Assembly: GCF_031769215.1 (NCBI RefSeq)
Contig: NW_026782330.1
Span: 558,001-622,000 of the forward strand
Direction of reading: 5' to 3'
Source: Ylistrum balloti
Lineage: Eukaryota
DNA length: 64,000 nucleotides
In this document: piece after piece, positions 1-12,900 of the stretch
How positions within the stretch are numbered: the first letter of the stretch is position 1
Layout: each line of letters opens with the position of its first letter
Program-made: the position numbers and the translations under genes
Notes under the pieces: generated by a model
What the model saw: only the letters and a program-made list of their open reading frames with translations
Databases searched by the model: none
Told to the model about the DNA's origin: nothing

Positions 1-723
1 ATTTAAAGAATCGAGATTGATGCTACAGTAGTCCTGAAGCCGGAATTCAAACAAAGTACAGCTCTATGTTTTTTGTTATTGCTGTCAATTTAGTAAAAGT
101 GCCATTATTTCTATTTATTGCGGAAGCTAAATCAATTGGCCTTCATTTATTCAATAAGTTAAATAAATTGAGGGACTCTTTGATAGCTTAATAAGACAGA
201 GGAATGAGAAAATAAGCAAGGACTCTCCGATGGCCGAATAAGACAAAGGACTATAAACTGTGACACTAATTTTTTATTGCTGAAACAACTGTATCCGTTA
301 TTTCTGGCATCACCATAGTGTTATGATACCCGAATCATACCAGATCTATTATTTGTGTATGTTACATAAAGGCCAAATAAGGGAATCAGCTGTAATAAGT
401 TTGTTTTAATATATAGATATATTTATGTGTGGTAAAGAAATGGATCTCAAAATGTCATTTCTGTCATTACATGTTATATACAATTTAGTGTACAGCATGC
501 TGTAATATGTTTATTTAACTTACATGCCGGTATTTTGAAACTAATATTTTTGTCTTTCAAGTCTCTCCAAAACACAAATATAATCAGACCATTTACTGGG
601 ATAGTGAAGTTGTACATACATAACGGGACCAATGCATAAGTAAGAAAGTTTTATTCAATGTTGCTTACATTGATTAAAAAAAAAATGACAAAAAAGGGCA
701 TTGTGGATCGTAACATCAATTTC

Positions 724-1315
724 ATCAGGAGAGATTAGGGACCAGTACAATAATGACATCAGGAGAGATTAGGGACCAGTACAATAATGACATCAGGAGA
801 GATAGGACCAGTACAATAATGACATCAGGGGAGATAAGGGACCAGTACAATAATGACATCAGGAGAGATAGGACCAGTACAATAATGACATCAGGGGAGA
901 TAAGGGACCAGTACAATAATGACATCAGGGGAGATAAGGGACCAGTACAATAATGACATCAGGGGAGATTAGGGACCAGTACAATAATGACATCAGGGGA
1001 GATTAGGGACCAGTACAATAATGACATCAGGTGAGATTAGGGACCAGTACAATAATGACATCAGGGGAGATGACATAGGGACCAGTACAATAATGACATC
1101 AGGGACCAGTACAATAATGACATTAGGGACCAGTACAATAATGACATCAGGGGAGATTAGGGACCAGTACAATAATGACATCAGGGGAGATTAGGGACCA
1201 GTACAATAATGACATCAGGGGAGATTAGGGACCAGTACAATAATGACATCAGGGGAGATTAGGGACCAGTACAATAATGACATCAGGTGAGATTAGGGAC
1301 CAGTACAATAATGAG
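724..1315. repeat. Minisatellite, unit about 34 bp (ATGACATCAGGGGAGATTAGGGACCAGTACAATA), about 17 copies
   Basis: Direct reading; 33-bp and shortened variants present. Confidence 0.97.
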
Positions 1316-3750
1316 ATTTATTCATCATCACATCAGTTGAAAATATCAAGAATTTCAACTAAAATGCTTGAAGCTGACATCATCTTTACATAGGTTTGTT
1401 TCAAAATTTTAGGATTGTTTGAGAGATGGGTACATGACATGAATCAGATTAGCTCCTTTTGTTTAATGCACTTTTATCTGGCTGTGGTGTCTAGCTTATT
1501 CCTAGACATTGATGTAGATTGAAATTTGTTAGATTACAATTTAATTAATTTTATAGTGTTTTAATCACATTTGAAAATTAAATGTCTGTCTACAATATTA
1601 TGCTGTGATAGGCATACAGTTCACTATTGTAGATGTTCATACTTGTATCATGTACATTGTTGTTTTGCACATCACCTTTGGAGTTACTTGTGATTTTGAA
1701 TATTTAAGAAATATTTGGGAAATGATTGATTTCCTAAGGGCAGATTGAATACGAGTAAGAAAGTGATCACTAGTCGAAGAGTGAGAGTGAAATTTCAGGC
1801 TTCAAGTGCTGTGAATATTTGCATATGATTGGAGTAGTTAAACTTTTTTTTACTATATTACAAAGTTGTTTTCTTGGCCTAAATAAGGTTTGATATATTT
1901 ATTGTCCTCATTGACATGCAGTGGGAAGGTAAAATTATAAGACAGGAAATATTGATATAGGTAGTAGTATTAATATTAAGTTAAGAATGTTTAAACTGCT
2001 ATTAAAGGGTGGTAGAGACTGATAATCTACACTGGAATCATCAACACTATCAGTCAGTGGATTATCTAGAACGTACTGACAAAGCTGTACATTAATTTCT
2101 GACCATCCGATAATTTTTTACCACCAAACATTGTTTCTGTTAGAGCTTGAAATCTATTTTTTCATTTTAGTTTCAATACATGGATGCAGAAGTTAAATTT
2201 TGAAGTGAATTTCAGTTTATTTCTGTTGCTTCCATTCAACGTGCTCAGTTATTTGTGATTAATGTTTTTCTTTCTATATTTGTTTTAATGCACCTTATGA
2301 AAAAAATTATCTGTTGTAAATTGTAAACACATCAGTTTGTAGCTAATTGAAATAAATTAGGTAGAAAAAATAATATATATGGAGAAGGAAGGCCACATGG
2401 TGCTGATATACAAGGGAGAGTAATCTCCCTTAGTGGATGCTGTAAGCATCTCTTATCAATGTAATCAAGAAATATTCCAGACATTATTGGAGAGCATGGA
2501 GTTGGATTGTACTCTTGGTGACCCTGTCAAATTGCAATTTCTTTTCTGGGATCCCAGATACAAAATGTTTATTACATACATATTGTCGACTCCCACCATG
2601 TCTGGAAAAGTCCTCATGAATACTTCTGATTAATAAAAGAGTTTATATCCACAAATTTTCTTTCTTGTTCTTGGATGACATTTAAAGTATAGTAGTGTGA
2701 AACTTGTACATAGTTACTAAGCATTTGACCTAGAATGACAGCCTTATATATCTATAACAAAATTCTGGAATGAGATATTAACTGTTTTGTAAAGATTTGT
2801 ACCCTGGAATTGATGCTGATACTAATAATAGATTATCTTTCCTTCCCTGTATTTTTCAAGATCTACTTGATTCCAAGTTGTGCAAGGAAAAAAAAACAAG
2901 AAAAAAAATACTCAACAGGCAACCATCTGGAATTTTTAATAAAACTTTATATTTTGTCTTAGGATCATTTCAATTCTGGATCTATGATAGTCTTTGGAAG
3001 TGAAAGTCTGGACGTGTTCAGACATATTGATACCATGGTAACTAGGAGCTAATCATTAATATGAACCACTTAGTACTTAATCAATAACAACACTATTATT
3101 AAGGTCTTGATGTTACATTTTATTATTATAAAATATCAGGACGGCTGTAAAACAAAATGTAAGTTACATTGCCAGTCATGACTAGGAAACTACATAAAAG
3201 ACTTTCATAAATACTTCAACCTCGCAATTCCTATCAGAAAACTGGATATAAAAACTGAAGCTTGAAGATTGTAAACATGGGATAGATGATATTTATCGGT
3301 CATCTAAAGATAGGACAGCAAATTTATTGCATTTTTAAGGTAGAATTATATTCTATCACAGACATATCTTAAACGTTCAACAATTAGAAAACATTGATAA
3401 TGTTTACATCACTCAACAAGATCATTCCTATTACACAGAATATACCTTGTATTACAAACAGCCAGAAACAAGTGGGTACCCGAAAAAACACAGCACTAAA
3501 TGTAGCATTTAAGTTGTACAGTATCTAGGATACATCAGAATTTAACACTCACTATTCTAAAATAGTGGTGATACGTGTCTTGTTTAAAAAACATTCATGA
3601 TCTAATATCCAGAATATGTATACTATTCCCTAAATATACATTAAAATTTTACTGGTAATATATAACAGCTTGTCATTATACAACAGAATATATATAACAT
3701 CTAGTATTTGCTTGTTTATACCAAAATTTTACATCTACATCCACAACAAC

Positions 3751-4373
3751 ACATCAGAATTTAACATGTAGTACAATCCCATATGAAAAGACATCTAGAA
3801 TCCTCTTGTAGACATCAGAATTTAACATGTAGTACAATCCCGTATGAAAAGACATCTAGAATCCTCGTGTAGACATCAGAATTTAACATGTAGTACAATC
3901 CCGTATGAAAAGACATCTAGAATCCTCATGTAGACATCAGAATTTAACATGTAGTACAATCCCGTATGAAAAGACATCTAGAATCCTCTTGTAGACATCA
4001 GAATTTAACATGTAGTACAATCCCGTATGAAAAGACATCTAGAATCCTCATGTAGACATCAGAATTTAACATGTAGTACAATCCCGTATGAAAAGACTTC
4101 TAGAATCCTCTTGTAGACATCAGAATTTAACATGTAGTACAATCCCGTATGAAAAGACATCTAGAATCCTCATGTAGACATCAGAATTTAACATGTTGTA
4201 CAATCCCGTATGAAAAGACATCTAGAATCCTCATGTAGACATCAGAATTTAACATGTAGTACAATCCCGTATGAAAAGACATCTAGAATCCTCATGTAGA
4301 CATCAGAATTTAACATGTAGTACAATCCTGTATGAAAAGACCTCTAGAATCCTCTTGTAGACATCAGAATTTA
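3751..4373. repeat. Minisatellite, 61-bp unit, about 10 copies
   Basis: ACATCAGAATTTAACATGTAGTACAATCCCGTATGAAAAGACATCTAGAATCCTCATGTAG recurs every 61 bp. Confidence 0.97.
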
Positions 4374-4578
4374 TCATTTGCTTGTAAACCACAAATTTTA
4401 ACATCTAGTATTCACTTTTGTACATTAGTTTGTTATATTTAGTATACACTAGCATACATACAAAACTAAGATCCACAAGTTTCTCTTCAACTCGATGTAT
4501 AACTTTAAAACATCTGTAAGACATGAATACCCTCGGTCGTCAGTAAATAAGTTCCACTGAGAAATATCTAGTAAGATT

Positions 4579-5530
4579 GTGGATGTCACTCTATGAAGCC
4601 CCTTGTGGATGTCACTCTATGAAGCCCCTTGTGGATGTCACTCTATGTAGCCCCTTGTGGATGTCACTCTATGTAGCCCCTTGTGGTTGTCACTCTATGT
4701 AGCCCCTTGTGGTTGTCACTCTATGAAGCCCCTTGTGGATGTCACTCTATGTAGCCCCTTGTGGATGTCACTCTATGAAGCCCCTTGTGGATGTCACTCT
4801 ATGAAGCCCCTTGTGGTTGTCACTCTATGAAGCCCCTTGTGGATGTCACTCTATGAAGCCCCTTGTGGATGTCACTCTATGTAGCCCCTTGTGGATGTCA
4901 CTCTATGAAGCCCCTTGTGGATGTCACTCTATGTAGCCCCTTGTGGATGTCACTCTATGAAGCCCCTTGTGGATGTCACTCTATGAAGCCCCTTGTGGAT
5001 GTCACTCTATGAAGCCCCTTGTGGATGTCACTCTATGTAGCCCCTTGTGGATGTCACTCTATGTAGCCCCTTGTGGATGTCACTCTATGTAGCCCCTTGT
5101 GGATGTCACTCTATGTAGCCCCTTGTGGATGTCACTCTATGTAGCCCCTTGTGGATGTCACTCTATGTAGCCCCTTGCCCCTTGTCCCCCGTTGGTCTGT
5201 CACTACACTCTATGTAGCCCCTTGTGGATGTCACTCTATGTAGCCCCTTGTGGATGTCACTCTATGTAGCCCCTTGTGGATGTCACTCTATGTAGCCCCT
5301 TGCCCCTTGTCCCCCGTTGGTCTGTCACTACACTCTATGTAGCCCCTTGTCCCCCGTTGGTCTGTCACTACACTCTATGTAGCCCCTTGTCCCCTGTTGG
5401 TCTGTCACTACACTCTATGTAGCCCCTTGTCCCCTGTTGGTCTGTCACTACACTCTATGTAGCCCCTTGTCCCCCGTTGGTCTGTCACTACACTCTATGT
5501 AGCCCCTTGTCCCCCGTTGGTCTGTTACTC
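4579..5530. repeat. Minisatellite, 26-bp unit (TTGTGGATGTCACTCTATGWAGCCCC) changing to a 40-bp variant at the right end
   Basis: Direct reading; the variant TTGTCCCCCGTTGGTCTGTCACTACACTCTATGTAGCCCC first appears near 5180. Confidence 0.97.
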
Positions 5531-5687
5531 GTCCCCAGATGAGCTGCCTCTCTTACCCCTAATGCTATTTGCTAAAGTCACTAACCTGTATAAATATGTT
5601 TTGTAAATTTTACAAAAATTCATAAAAATTAAATCAATAGTCAGTCACCATGTGTACATACACATGTAACATCAATTGACATTTATC

Positions 5688-5786
5688 GTAGAATCTGTTG
5701 TCATACGTAGAATCTGTCATCATACGTAGAATCTGTCAATGTACGTAGAATCTGTCGTCGTACGTAGAATCTGTCGTCATACGTAC
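5688..5786. repeat. Short minisatellite, about 20-bp unit (GTAGAATCTGTCGTCATAC), about 5 copies
   Basis: Direct reading. Confidence 0.85.
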
Positions 5787-6048
5787 ATCATTGTAAGAAT
5801 ATTCCATCAGTGCTCTAATTCCCTGATACATCTATAAAAGTAAAACACTCTACAAAATGCTTTGGACATCATTAAAAGAGAATGGAATTCACCACTTTGG
5901 CAACAACTTAACTGTTACAGGCACGGAGGTGGGTTTGTTATCATAAAATCATCACTACTTCTACATTTCTCTTAAAGACAGCATATTTTATATGTCTACT
6001 TATCAAACTAAAAAATACATAATATGCTAAATCAGTCCTTTTACCAGA

Positions 6049-6680
6049 GTACATCATAACCCTTCACACAGGTCTGACTGTCTCAGCCTACATTATAACC
6101 CCACACACAGGTCTGACTGTCTCAGCCTACATTATAACCCCACACACAAGTCTGACTGTCTCAGTGTACATTATAACCCTTCACACAGATCTGACTGTCT
6201 CAGTGTACATTATAACCCTTCACGCAGATCTGACTGTGTCAGTGTACATTATTACCCTTCACGCAGATCTGACTGTCTCAGTGTACATTATAACCCTTCA
6301 CACAGGTCTGACTGTCTCAGTGTACATTATAACCTTTCACACAGATCTGACTGTCTCAGTGTACATTATAACCCTTCACACAGGTCTGACTGTCTCAGTG
6401 TACATTATAATCCTTCACACAGGTCTGACTGTCTCAGTGTACATTATAACCTTTCACACAGATCTGACTGTCTCAGTGTACATTATAACCCTTCACACAG
6501 GTCTGACTGTCTCAGTGTACATTATAATCCTTCACACAGGTCTGACTGTCTCAGTGTACATTATAACCTTTCACACAGATCTGACTGTCTCAGCGTACAT
6601 TATAACCCTTCACACAGATCTGACTGTCTCAGTGTACATAAGGTCTGATGATCTCATACAGAGTACATTTTTACCCTTCA
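6049..6680. repeat. Minisatellite, 39-bp unit, about 15 copies, just downstream of the FBF1 stop
   Basis: GTACATTATAACCCTTCACACAGATCTGACTGTCTCAGT; explains the 13-aa periodic ORF at 6164-6685. Confidence 0.96.
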
Positions 6681-6979
6681 CATAGATCTTCTGGCCATGT
6701 GTCCAAGATTATGTAAATGTGATGGAATTAAAACAAGTAAGTGTTAATTTGTGTTTGGCTATCACAGACCAGCAACATGATGCTGTTTTCTCTGATACAG
6801 TCACACTCTTTGACTAGCTAGATATGTGATGTGGAGATTCTTTAATGAAGAGCTGCCAACTATAGGGATAAATATAAACACCACATGCTTGGTCTGAAAC
6901 AGATACCACCATATAGGTCATTCGTTGGCCAACTTGGATATAATTGTGAACAATGTTGCTGATACTTGTGGTGCCATCA

Positions 6980-9900
6980 TCAGGAGTTTGTTGATGTCTT
7001 GTTGTAAGGCATATGTCTCAGTGTATAGAGGAACATGTTCTGTTCATCCAGGTACTTCTGGTCCTGAAAAATCAAATTGTCCACTATCTGTTACAAAAGT
7101 CAAAATTTACAGGATGGCACAAGTGAGTTTTCAATTCTATACCAGTGTGTCTGCACTGATTAAAAAATAACGACAACAAAATCTTCACTGATAGTTTATG
7201 TAAATTGATTCCCGGTTATACCTAGAATTGGACATCATTTAGAATTACTGATACAGATATGACAAACCTGACATGATTTATCTATTTATACCTACCTTCA
7301 TGGCTTCCACCTTCCACATACGTACTGATCGATCTGCCTTGATGGTCTCTGTGATGGACTGGACAGAATTCAGTGACATCTGTATTGATGGACTGGGGAC
7401 TTGATGTGACACCATCTGTCTGGACACTGCATTGTACCCATTTCCAATGTAAGAAGGCGATGTCTGGTTTGTCATCTGAGGCATACTCTCCATTGGCACT
7501 ACAATAAAGAAATCCATACTTTACTACATTACTACAATCACCATGCTATCATCGTACTGTACATAACCTGGGTTTAACAGTGGGTAACCATGCTGTCATC
7601 ATACTGTATATAACCTGGGTTTAACAGTGGCTACCATGCTGTCATCATACTGTATATAACCTGGGTTTAACAGTGAGTACTATGCTGTCATCATACTGTA
7701 TATAACCTGGGTTTAACAGTGGGTAACCATGCTGTCATCATACTGTATATAACCTGGGTTTAACAGTGAGTACCATGCTGTCATCATACTGTATATAACC
7801 TGGGTTTAACAGTGGGTACCATGCTATCATCATACTGTACCTTGAGGTGGGATAATATTCATACTGTCTCCTCTGGGCGTGCGACAGTTTGGACAGAGCA
7901 ATGTAAACCTTAGGTTTTCTACCTCCTTCTTCTCTCGGGACAGACGTAGCTTTTCCTGTTCAAATTAAACTAAAATATTAATTTTTCTGGTCATACACAG
8001 AAAACAACTTTAAGATTAATATATTATTTCTAATCAACTTAAAACTATCAGTTATCTGATATGTTAGAGTGTTTCTACTGGTGAATACTTATTGTTTATC
8101 ATAACATGTTGTGTCTCCATCATTAATACAAGATTTCTAGATATAAAGGAGAAATTATGAATCTGCCCTGAAGAAAAGCCATGTGATATGATATTGTTAC
8201 TAGAACAATTTATTCTGACCTCGGCAATCTCCTTTTCTTTGACCCGTAGTATCTGAATCTGATCCTGTATGCTGTCCATCCTCATTTTGTCTTCACTCTC
8301 CAACGACCGCGCCTCCAGCAGTGCCTGTTCTCCCTCCTCGAACTTTTTCTGGGCTTCCTGTTACACATTTAACAGAGGAAAATTTCTAACTGACATACAT
8401 GTAGTATTACCTAAACTTACACATATAACAGAGGACAACTTCTAACTGACATACATGTAGTACTACCTAAACTTACACATATAACAGAGGACAACTTCTA
8501 ACTGACATACCACCATGTAGTACTACCTAAACTTACACATATAACAGAGGACAACTTCTAACTGACATACCACCATGTAGTACTACCTAAACTTACACAT
8601 ATAACAGAGGACAACTTCTAACTGACATACCACCATGTAGTACTACCTAAACTTACACATATAACAGAGGACAACTTCTAACTGACATACCACCATGTAG
8701 TACTACCTAAACTTACACATATAACAGAGGACAACTTCTAACTGACATACCACCATGTAGTACTACCTAAACTTACACATATAACAGAGGACAACTTCTA
8801 ACTGACATACCACCATGTAGTACTACCTAAACTTACACATATAACAGAGGACAACTTCTAACTGACATACCACCATGTAGTACTACCTAAACTTACACAT
8901 ATAACAGAGGACAACTTCTAACTGACATACCACCATGTAGTACTACCTAAACTTACACATATAACAGAGGACAACTTCTAACTGACATACCACCATGTAG
9001 TACTACCTAAACTTACACATATAACAGAGGACAACTTCTAACTGACATACCACCATGTAGTACTACCTAAACTTACACATATAACAGAGGACAACTTCTA
9101 ACTGACATACCACCATGTAGTACTACCTAAACTTACACATATAACAGAGGACAACTTCTAACTGACATACCACCATGTAGTACTACCTAAACTTACACAT
9201 ATAACAGAGGACAACTTCTAACTGACATACCACCATGTAGTACTACCTAAACTTACACATATAACAGAGGACAACTTCTAACTGACATACCACCATGTAG
9301 TACTACCTAAACTTACACATATAACAGAGGACAACTTCTAACTGACATACCACCATGTAGTACTACCTAAACTTACACATATAACAGAGGACAACTTCTA
9401 ACTGACATACCACCATGTAGTACTACCTAAACTTACACATATAACAGAGGACAACTTCTAACTGACATACCACCATGTAGTACTACCTAAACTTACACAT
9501 ATAACAGAGGACAACTTCTAACTGACATACCACCATGTAGTACTACCTAAACTTACACATATAACAGAGGACAACTTCTAACTGACATACCACCATGTAG
9601 TACTACCAAATTCATTACTACCTAAACTTACACATATAACAGAGGACAACTTCTAACTGACATACCACCATGTAGTACTACCTAAACTTACACATATAAC
9701 AGAGGACAACTTCTAACTGACATACCACCATGTAGTACTACCTAAACTTACACATATAACAGAGGACAACTTCTAACTGACATACCACCATGTAGTACTA
9801 CCTAAACTTACACATATAACAGAGGACAACTTCTAACTGACATACCACCATGTAGTACTACCTAAACTTACACATATAACAGAGGACAACTTCTAACTGA

Positions 9901-12900
9901 CATACCACCATGTAGTACTACCTAAACTTACACATATAACAGAGGACAACTTCTAACTGACATACCACCATGTAGTACTACCTAAACTTACACATATAAC
10001 AGAGGACAACTTCTAACTGACATACCACCATGTAGTACTACCTAAACTTACACATATAACAGAGGACAACTTCTAACTGACATACCACCATGTAGTACTA
10101 CCTAAACTTACACATATAACAGAGGACAACTTCTAACTGACATACCACCATGTAGTACTACCTAAACTTACACATATAACAGAGGACAACTTCTAACTGA
10201 CATACCACCATGTAGTACTACCTAAACTTACACATATAACAGAGGACAACTTCTAACTGACATACCACCATGTAGTACTACCAAATTCATTACTACCTAA
10301 ACTTACACTTCAAATTCAAATGCAGTAATATCTTTTGGGTTCCAGGCTCTGATGTTCTTATTAAGTATAACAAATTCTATTTGATGCTGATAAGTGATCA
10401 TTCAATCCTGTATTATAATCCTCACCATGTACATCTCATCCACCTCTTCTGACTTTGCCTTCAGTGTGGCAGCTGTTTCCTCGAAGTCTTCCTGCTTACT
10501 GCGCCATCTGTCTTCATCCCTCTCCAGTTTCCTCTGTTCATCCCTCACACGGTCTTCTATTGTCTGCAGTTCCTGTCTCCGTTCATACATCTTGTTCTTC
10601 TCCCCAGAGATAGCCTTCATAGTGGCTTCATACTCTGCCTTTGCCTGGAATGGTGTCAATATATTCACAATTACTTTTCCTACGTTTTACATCAGGACTA
10701 AAGAACATTCTAAAAAGATTGTCTGTGGAACTGTGGAGTGCTCCCCAAAAACAAGGTTGTCTGTGGAACTGTGGAGTGCTCCCCAAAAACAAGATTGTCT
10801 GTGGAACTATGGAGTGCTCCCCAAAAACAAAGTTGTCTGTGGAACTGTGGAGTGCTCCCCAAAAACAAGGTTGTCTGTGGAACTGTGGAGTGCTCCCCAA
10901 AAACAAGGTTGTCTGTGGAACTGTGGAGTGCTCCTCAAATACAACTATATTGAAAACTTTTCCTGTCTTTTACATTTTGTATTTGGTCACATTAATGACA
11001 CACTTAAGTCTGTAAAGATATCTTACAATGGAGAGATTGAAAGGGGGCATCAATTCAAAATAGTTATATAATATATTACATTAAAAAAAATCATCTTGAC
11101 CAATTTTAACAATCAATGACTTAACAAGAGATCCCAGAGGGATTTTGGCACCCACCATTTGAGGATCTGTTTTCAGTTCTTGAAGATTTGTTTATTTGTT
11201 TTTGTTTGTTACAGGTGTTGTAAATGTACATGAACTGGTCTTCATTGAATGTACTCAATGATGGCACAAGATATTTTTATGAAGCACCTATTAGCAAATA
11301 TCATTTGAAAAAGATCCCAAAGTATTATTAGATAGCAGTCAGTTACAGGTGGATAATGGACAATATGCTTGTGCTGTATTACTGTCGACATCCAAGATGG
11401 CTGCCTGTGGGCCACCTTGATTTCAAATCAGTCCAAAAAAGGTACAATGCACAACTAGGGACCAAGGGAAACCAATATCTATGAAATATCAGAAGGATCC
11501 ATCCAGTACTTCCTCAGATATAGCAGTAACAAGATTTTACTCTCAAAATCCAAGATGGCTGCCTGTCTGCCATCTTGATTTCGGATCAGTCCAAAAAGGT
11601 ATAATGCACAACTTGGAACCAAAGGGAACCTGCATATGAAATTTGAGAAAGATCCATCCAGTACTTTCCAAGAAATAGCAGTAACAAACTTTTACATTCA
11701 AAATCCAAGATGGCCACCTGTCTGCCATCTTGAATTCGAATCAGTCCAAAAAAGGTACAATGCACAACCAGGGACCAAGGGGAAACTGCATATGAAATTT
11801 GAGAAAGATCCATCCAGTACTTTCCAAGAAATTGCAGTAACAAACTTTTACTTCCAAAATCCAAGATGGCTGACTGTCGGCCATCTTGAATTCGAATCAG
11901 TCCAAAATAGGACCAAGGGGAACCTGCATATGAAATTTGAGAAAGATCCATCCAGTACTTTTCCAGAAATAGCGGTAACAAGAATTGTTTACGGACGGAC
12001 GGACCACGGACGCAGGGCGATTTGAATAACCCACCGTCTATTAGATGGTGGGCTAAAAACTGCTAATTTAACTTTTGGACCAACCTTCATCAAAATCAAA
12101 CAGATTTTAAATAAGAAACTCAGAAAATGACACTAGTGTGCTCTAAAGATCAATACAAAAATGATATAAAAAGCTAGTATATTATGTATATCTTAATGAT
12201 AACTTTACTCACATGAGCTAGCTTCATGGTGTACTGTTCTGTTTCATCCTTCTGGATTTGTTGTGTGACATTAAACTGCATCCGTTCCTCTGCCAAGGAC
12301 TGACGCTCACGATGAAGCTGTGATAACAAGGATTTCTCATCTTCCAATAATGTTTCCTGCAATAAACATGGTTTTGAATAAATTATACAGAGTAACTGTG
12401 TTCCAAGCTGAATTAGTGTCTTTATAACATCTCCATGTTGGCCACATCCCTGACTAATTTAAGTCAGTGTCCTGGAAACCTTCCTGTATACTCACCCTTG
12501 TTTTCTCTATACTAGCTCTATCCCTAGCCTGCTGTTCAGTCCACAGTTGTCGTTCTTCTTCGAGAGCTACCTGCAGAGTATGAAGACGATTCTGTTCCTG
12601 CTTTGCTTTCCATCGTTCCTAAAAAAGCAATTAAAGTCCTGTATTCTCACTAGCCATCTACAGTGTCTGTGCAATCCATCCAAACTTCACTATAAAGTAT
12701 AAAACTTCACTATAAAGTATTAACAAGGGCTTTAACTCTGTATATATAGGTGTGAGTTTTGTATGCTACAATATTTTACAATTCTAAGAGGTTGCCACAA
12801 ATGAAATTTCATAAGTAACTGAATTTTATCTGAAGAGTCAAAACTTGTAAACAGTAAACAACAGCTGAATTGTTTAAAGAAAGTCCTGAGTAAAACAAAA

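Noticed and set aside
2380-3003. Short ORFs, and a WNQVDLEKY peptide on the minus strand reminiscent of LINE ORF2
   Set aside because: No endonuclease or reverse transcriptase motifs and frequent stops; cannot be supported without a search.
6164-6685. 173-aa ORF
   Set aside because: 39-bp minisatellite translation.
10394-11071. 225-aa plus-strand ORF
   Set aside because: Antisense of FBF1 exon 27 joined to the 38-bp repeat.
11543-12025. Overlapping 61-131 aa ORFs
   Set aside because: Internal tandem units of the HINE-like element; no Rep/helicase motifs.
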